From IMG/VR virus record IMGVR_UViG_3300020176_000071, positions 1 through 27,794 of that record: a DNA stretch of 27,794 nucleotides. One strand, given 5' to 3'. The DNA is from a virus. Its lineage: Duplodnaviria; Caudoviricetes. Each line of letters opens with the position of its first letter. Positions within the stretch are counted from its first letter, which is position 1. This document shows, piece by piece, positions 25,567 through 27,794 of this stretch. The notes under the pieces are model-generated. The model was not told the origin of the DNA and made no database searches. It saw only the letters and a list, made by a program, of their open reading frames with translations. Both the position numbers and the translations under genes were made by a program.

Positions 25567-27794
25567 ATGGGACTTAATTTTGGCGAGTTTGATGAGGAGC
25601 AGAATTACGGACGAAAACTAGACTTTAGCGGTCTAGCCAGTTTGCCAGAGGAAACTGAGTACGATCAGTTCAGGGCAGATTACTTAAAGCGTAAGGAAAG
25701 GGGTATGGGGGAAGCAATTTGGGGTTATGCATCCGCGCTACCTGAAGGCATAGCTACAATGATTGAGGAGGACATTGGTAACGCCATGAACAATGACTCC
25801 ATGATCGCCAGTATGCTTGGTTTCAAAGGTAAGGAGGATTTTAAGGGCTCGTGGAAAGCTTTAGCGAGTGCACCAGAGTTAGGACTCAGGGACACATGGA
25901 ACATGATTAAATCCGTGCAGAGTAGTATCCGTGATTACTTTGACCCAGAGGTCAAGGGTGAGGAAGAGATCCAGAGGGCATTTGCACGGCACAAGTTTGA
26001 GCTAAATTATTATAATGCTGCAAGGGAGCACTATTTGCAACAGGCAGCAGGAAAGTTTAAGGATGATACAAGTTTACTGGCTGACTTTGCTGACCCGACA
26101 AATTTAGTGCCATCCTTGTATGGAGATAGATTCATAAAGCAGGGAATAAGGAAATCTATTAAGGGTGCAGCCAAGGGTGTCAGCGTGACAGCCAAGGGAG
26201 CAGAGAAATTAGCTGGTGGGGTAGAAGCTACACTTGGGTTTCCTGCAAAAGTGCTAGAGAAAAAGATCCCAAAAGGTGGGAATATTTACAGGGGACTGCA
26301 AGCTGGATCAGTTATGGCAGTGGGCTCAGATCCATTTGGGGGAATTGCCACAACCATGGTGACTGTTGGTGTAGCAGAGGGACTAAGTAAGGTTGCCAAG
26401 GCAGTCAGTAGAGAAGTCAGTGAGGTTGCAAGTGTCCTATCCAGTCCTAGCTCACACGCTAGATTTTTATTTAAACTAAGCACCAATGAAAATGTATCGA
26501 AGCAGACTCGTGCACTAGCAGCGAGGGCTTATAAACTAAGAGGCACTCGGATGTACGATGTTGTGTTTGATGCACTTGTCTCTGGTGTTAGTAGTGCTGC
26601 TATGCAGACAGCGATTGAGTTTGCAAAAGGAAAGAGTGCAGAGGATATGGGTCGGGCAGCTGGTGGTGGTTTCGTATTGGGTGCACCTGTTGGTGCTCTG
26701 GCAGGTAGTCGGGGAAGCGGTAAAACAGACGAGGCTCGCAGTGATCAGGGCATAGAAAACTATCTATCTAACAAGGGGCAAATGCTGAATAAGGATACAA
26801 TAGCAGCACTTGAGAAAGTTGATAAAAAAACACTTGTTGCTCTTAGCACATTAGATGAGTTCTCAGGACTCGGTAACATGAGGTTGCAACTTTTAGATCA
26901 GGACTCGTTTGCTAAAATTGTAGGGGTTGACCCAAAAGATGCTCCCAGTGCATATTATGATAAGCCATCGCAAAACATAGTTATAAACGAGGCTAAGGTC
27001 GCAGAGGGTACTGATGCTGCCAGTAAAATCGTACTGCATGAACATGGGCATGACATCATGAGACAGATGATGGGGTCAAACCCCTTGATGCGTCGAAAGA
27101 TCCTTGAGAATTTTTATGACCCTAATGGTAAAGAATTTTTCTTTAGGGACAGTGAGGGCAGCATATCGGGCAGCATAAAAGTAAACGAACAGGCACAACA
27201 GTTTGCCAAAGATTATGCTGATAAGATACGGAAGACTGACGAAGATTACGCAAACTCAGTAGAGGGGACAAATGCTTACTTACTGGCAGAGGAGATAGCA
27301 GCTGAACAGTTCAGTGGGCTTATGAGGGAATCCCCTAATGTTTTCGCAAAGTACAATAAATCATTTAGGCACAGCCTTATGAATACAGCCAGACTGGCTT
27401 TGTCTAAAATGGGCATTGTCGAGCCAGACTCTGGCAACTTAATAGACAGCCCAATTAGTGAGTCCATGCTGAAAAATGATGGAGTCGCTAATGTGTTTAA
27501 CAACTATATGCAGACAAGGAATGATCACTACCGCCAGCGAGCTGACGATATTGAGACAGGCAGAAAGCATGAACCAAGGGCAGGGCAGTCCTCTGATAAT
27601 CGTTTTACTGAGCTGTTTGGGGGCAAGGGTGTATCAACAGCCATAGGTAATCATTATATGATTAAAGACCAGACAATGTTTGACGAACTGGTGCAGCAAA
27701 CCTCATTAGATGCACAGAGTCTCGACAAAGACCTGACAGGCATAGGGAAAGGTGCAGAGGGGAAAAGGTTAAGTGAGGGTGTAAGGTCTGTGTT
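25567..27794 (+). CDS. Large internal virion/ejection protein 3 with HExxH metallopeptidase motif (3'-truncated; not in ORF track)
   Basis: Hand translation from ATG 25567 (MGLNFGEFDEEQNYG...) finds no stop in 742 codons. Contains AYYD....IVIN, VLHEHGH (HEHGH at 27037-27051) and EEIAAE (27289-27306). Confidence 0.85.
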   Translation, partial: MGLNFGEFDEEQNYGRKLDFSGLASLPEETEYDQFRADYLKRKERGMGEAIWGYASALPEGIATMIEEDIGNAMNNDSMIASMLGFKGKEDFKGSWKALASAPELGLRDTWNMIKSVQSSIRDYFDPEVKGEEEIQRAFARHKFELNYYNAAREHYLQQAAGKFKDDTSLLADFADPTNLVPSLYGDRFIKQGIRKSIKGAAKGVSVTAKGAEKLAGGVEATLGFPAKVLEKKIPKGGNIYRGLQAGSVMAVGSDPFGGIATTMVTVGVAEGLSKVAKAVSREVSEVASVLSSPSSHARFLFKLSTNENVSKQTRALAARAYKLRGTRMYDVVFDALVSGVSSAAMQTAIEFAKGKSAEDMGRAAGGGFVLGAPVGALAGSRGSGKTDEARSDQGIENYLSNKGQMLNKDTIAALEKVDKKTLVALSTLDEFSGLGNMRLQLLDQDSFAKIVGVDPKDAPSAYYDKPSQNIVINEAKVAEGTDAASKIVLHEHGHDIMRQMMGSNPLMRRKILENFYDPNGKEFFFRDSEGSISGSIKVNEQAQQFAKDYADKIRKTDEDYANSVEGTNAYLLAEEIAAEQFSGLMRESPNVFAKYNKSFRHSLMNTARLALSKMGIVEPDSGNLIDSPISESMLKNDGVANVFNNYMQTRNDHYRQRADDIETGRKHEPRAGQSSDNRFTELFGGKGVSTAIGNHYMIKDQTMFDELVQQTSLDAQSLDKDLTGIGKGAEGKRLSEGVRSV

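Noticed and set aside
26704-26727. Walker A-like GSRGSGKT in ejection protein 3
   Set aside because: It follows a Gly-rich membrane-like segment rather than a beta-strand, and I see no convincing NTPase context. Probably chance.
246-27503. Minus-strand and nested alternative-frame ORFs in the track
   Set aside because: All lie within long + strand genes, lack motifs, and read as antisense or shadow frames.

Overview
Virion morphogenesis region of a tailed dsDNA bacteriophage with podovirus-type gene order. All credible genes are on the + strand and are tightly packed, often translationally coupled. Order: large terminase (5'-truncated); a small AT-rich regulatory islet (DUF3846-like gene and two small DNA-binding genes behind a promoter with a 14-bp palindrome); portal; metallophosphoesterase; scaffold; major capsid; an unusually long head-tail adaptor fusion; candidate lysis genes; nozzle; six fibre/spike genes; two tandem GNAT-like paralogues; and three large internal virion (ejection) proteins, the last running off the 3' end. 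Two genes missing from the ORF track were read by hand (4789-4941 and 25567 to the window end). Most notable: (1) fibre genes carrying complementary N- and C-terminal motifs that suggest head-to-tail chain assembly; (2) apparent absence of GGCC, GGNCC, GGNNCC, CCGG and CCNGG in a manual scan; (3) a repeat-expanded ejection protein ending in a Cys-initiated domain; (4) a u-spanin-like lipoprotein; (5) an HExxH peptidase motif in the last ejection protein. Family calls come from motif recognition and synteny only; no database search was run.
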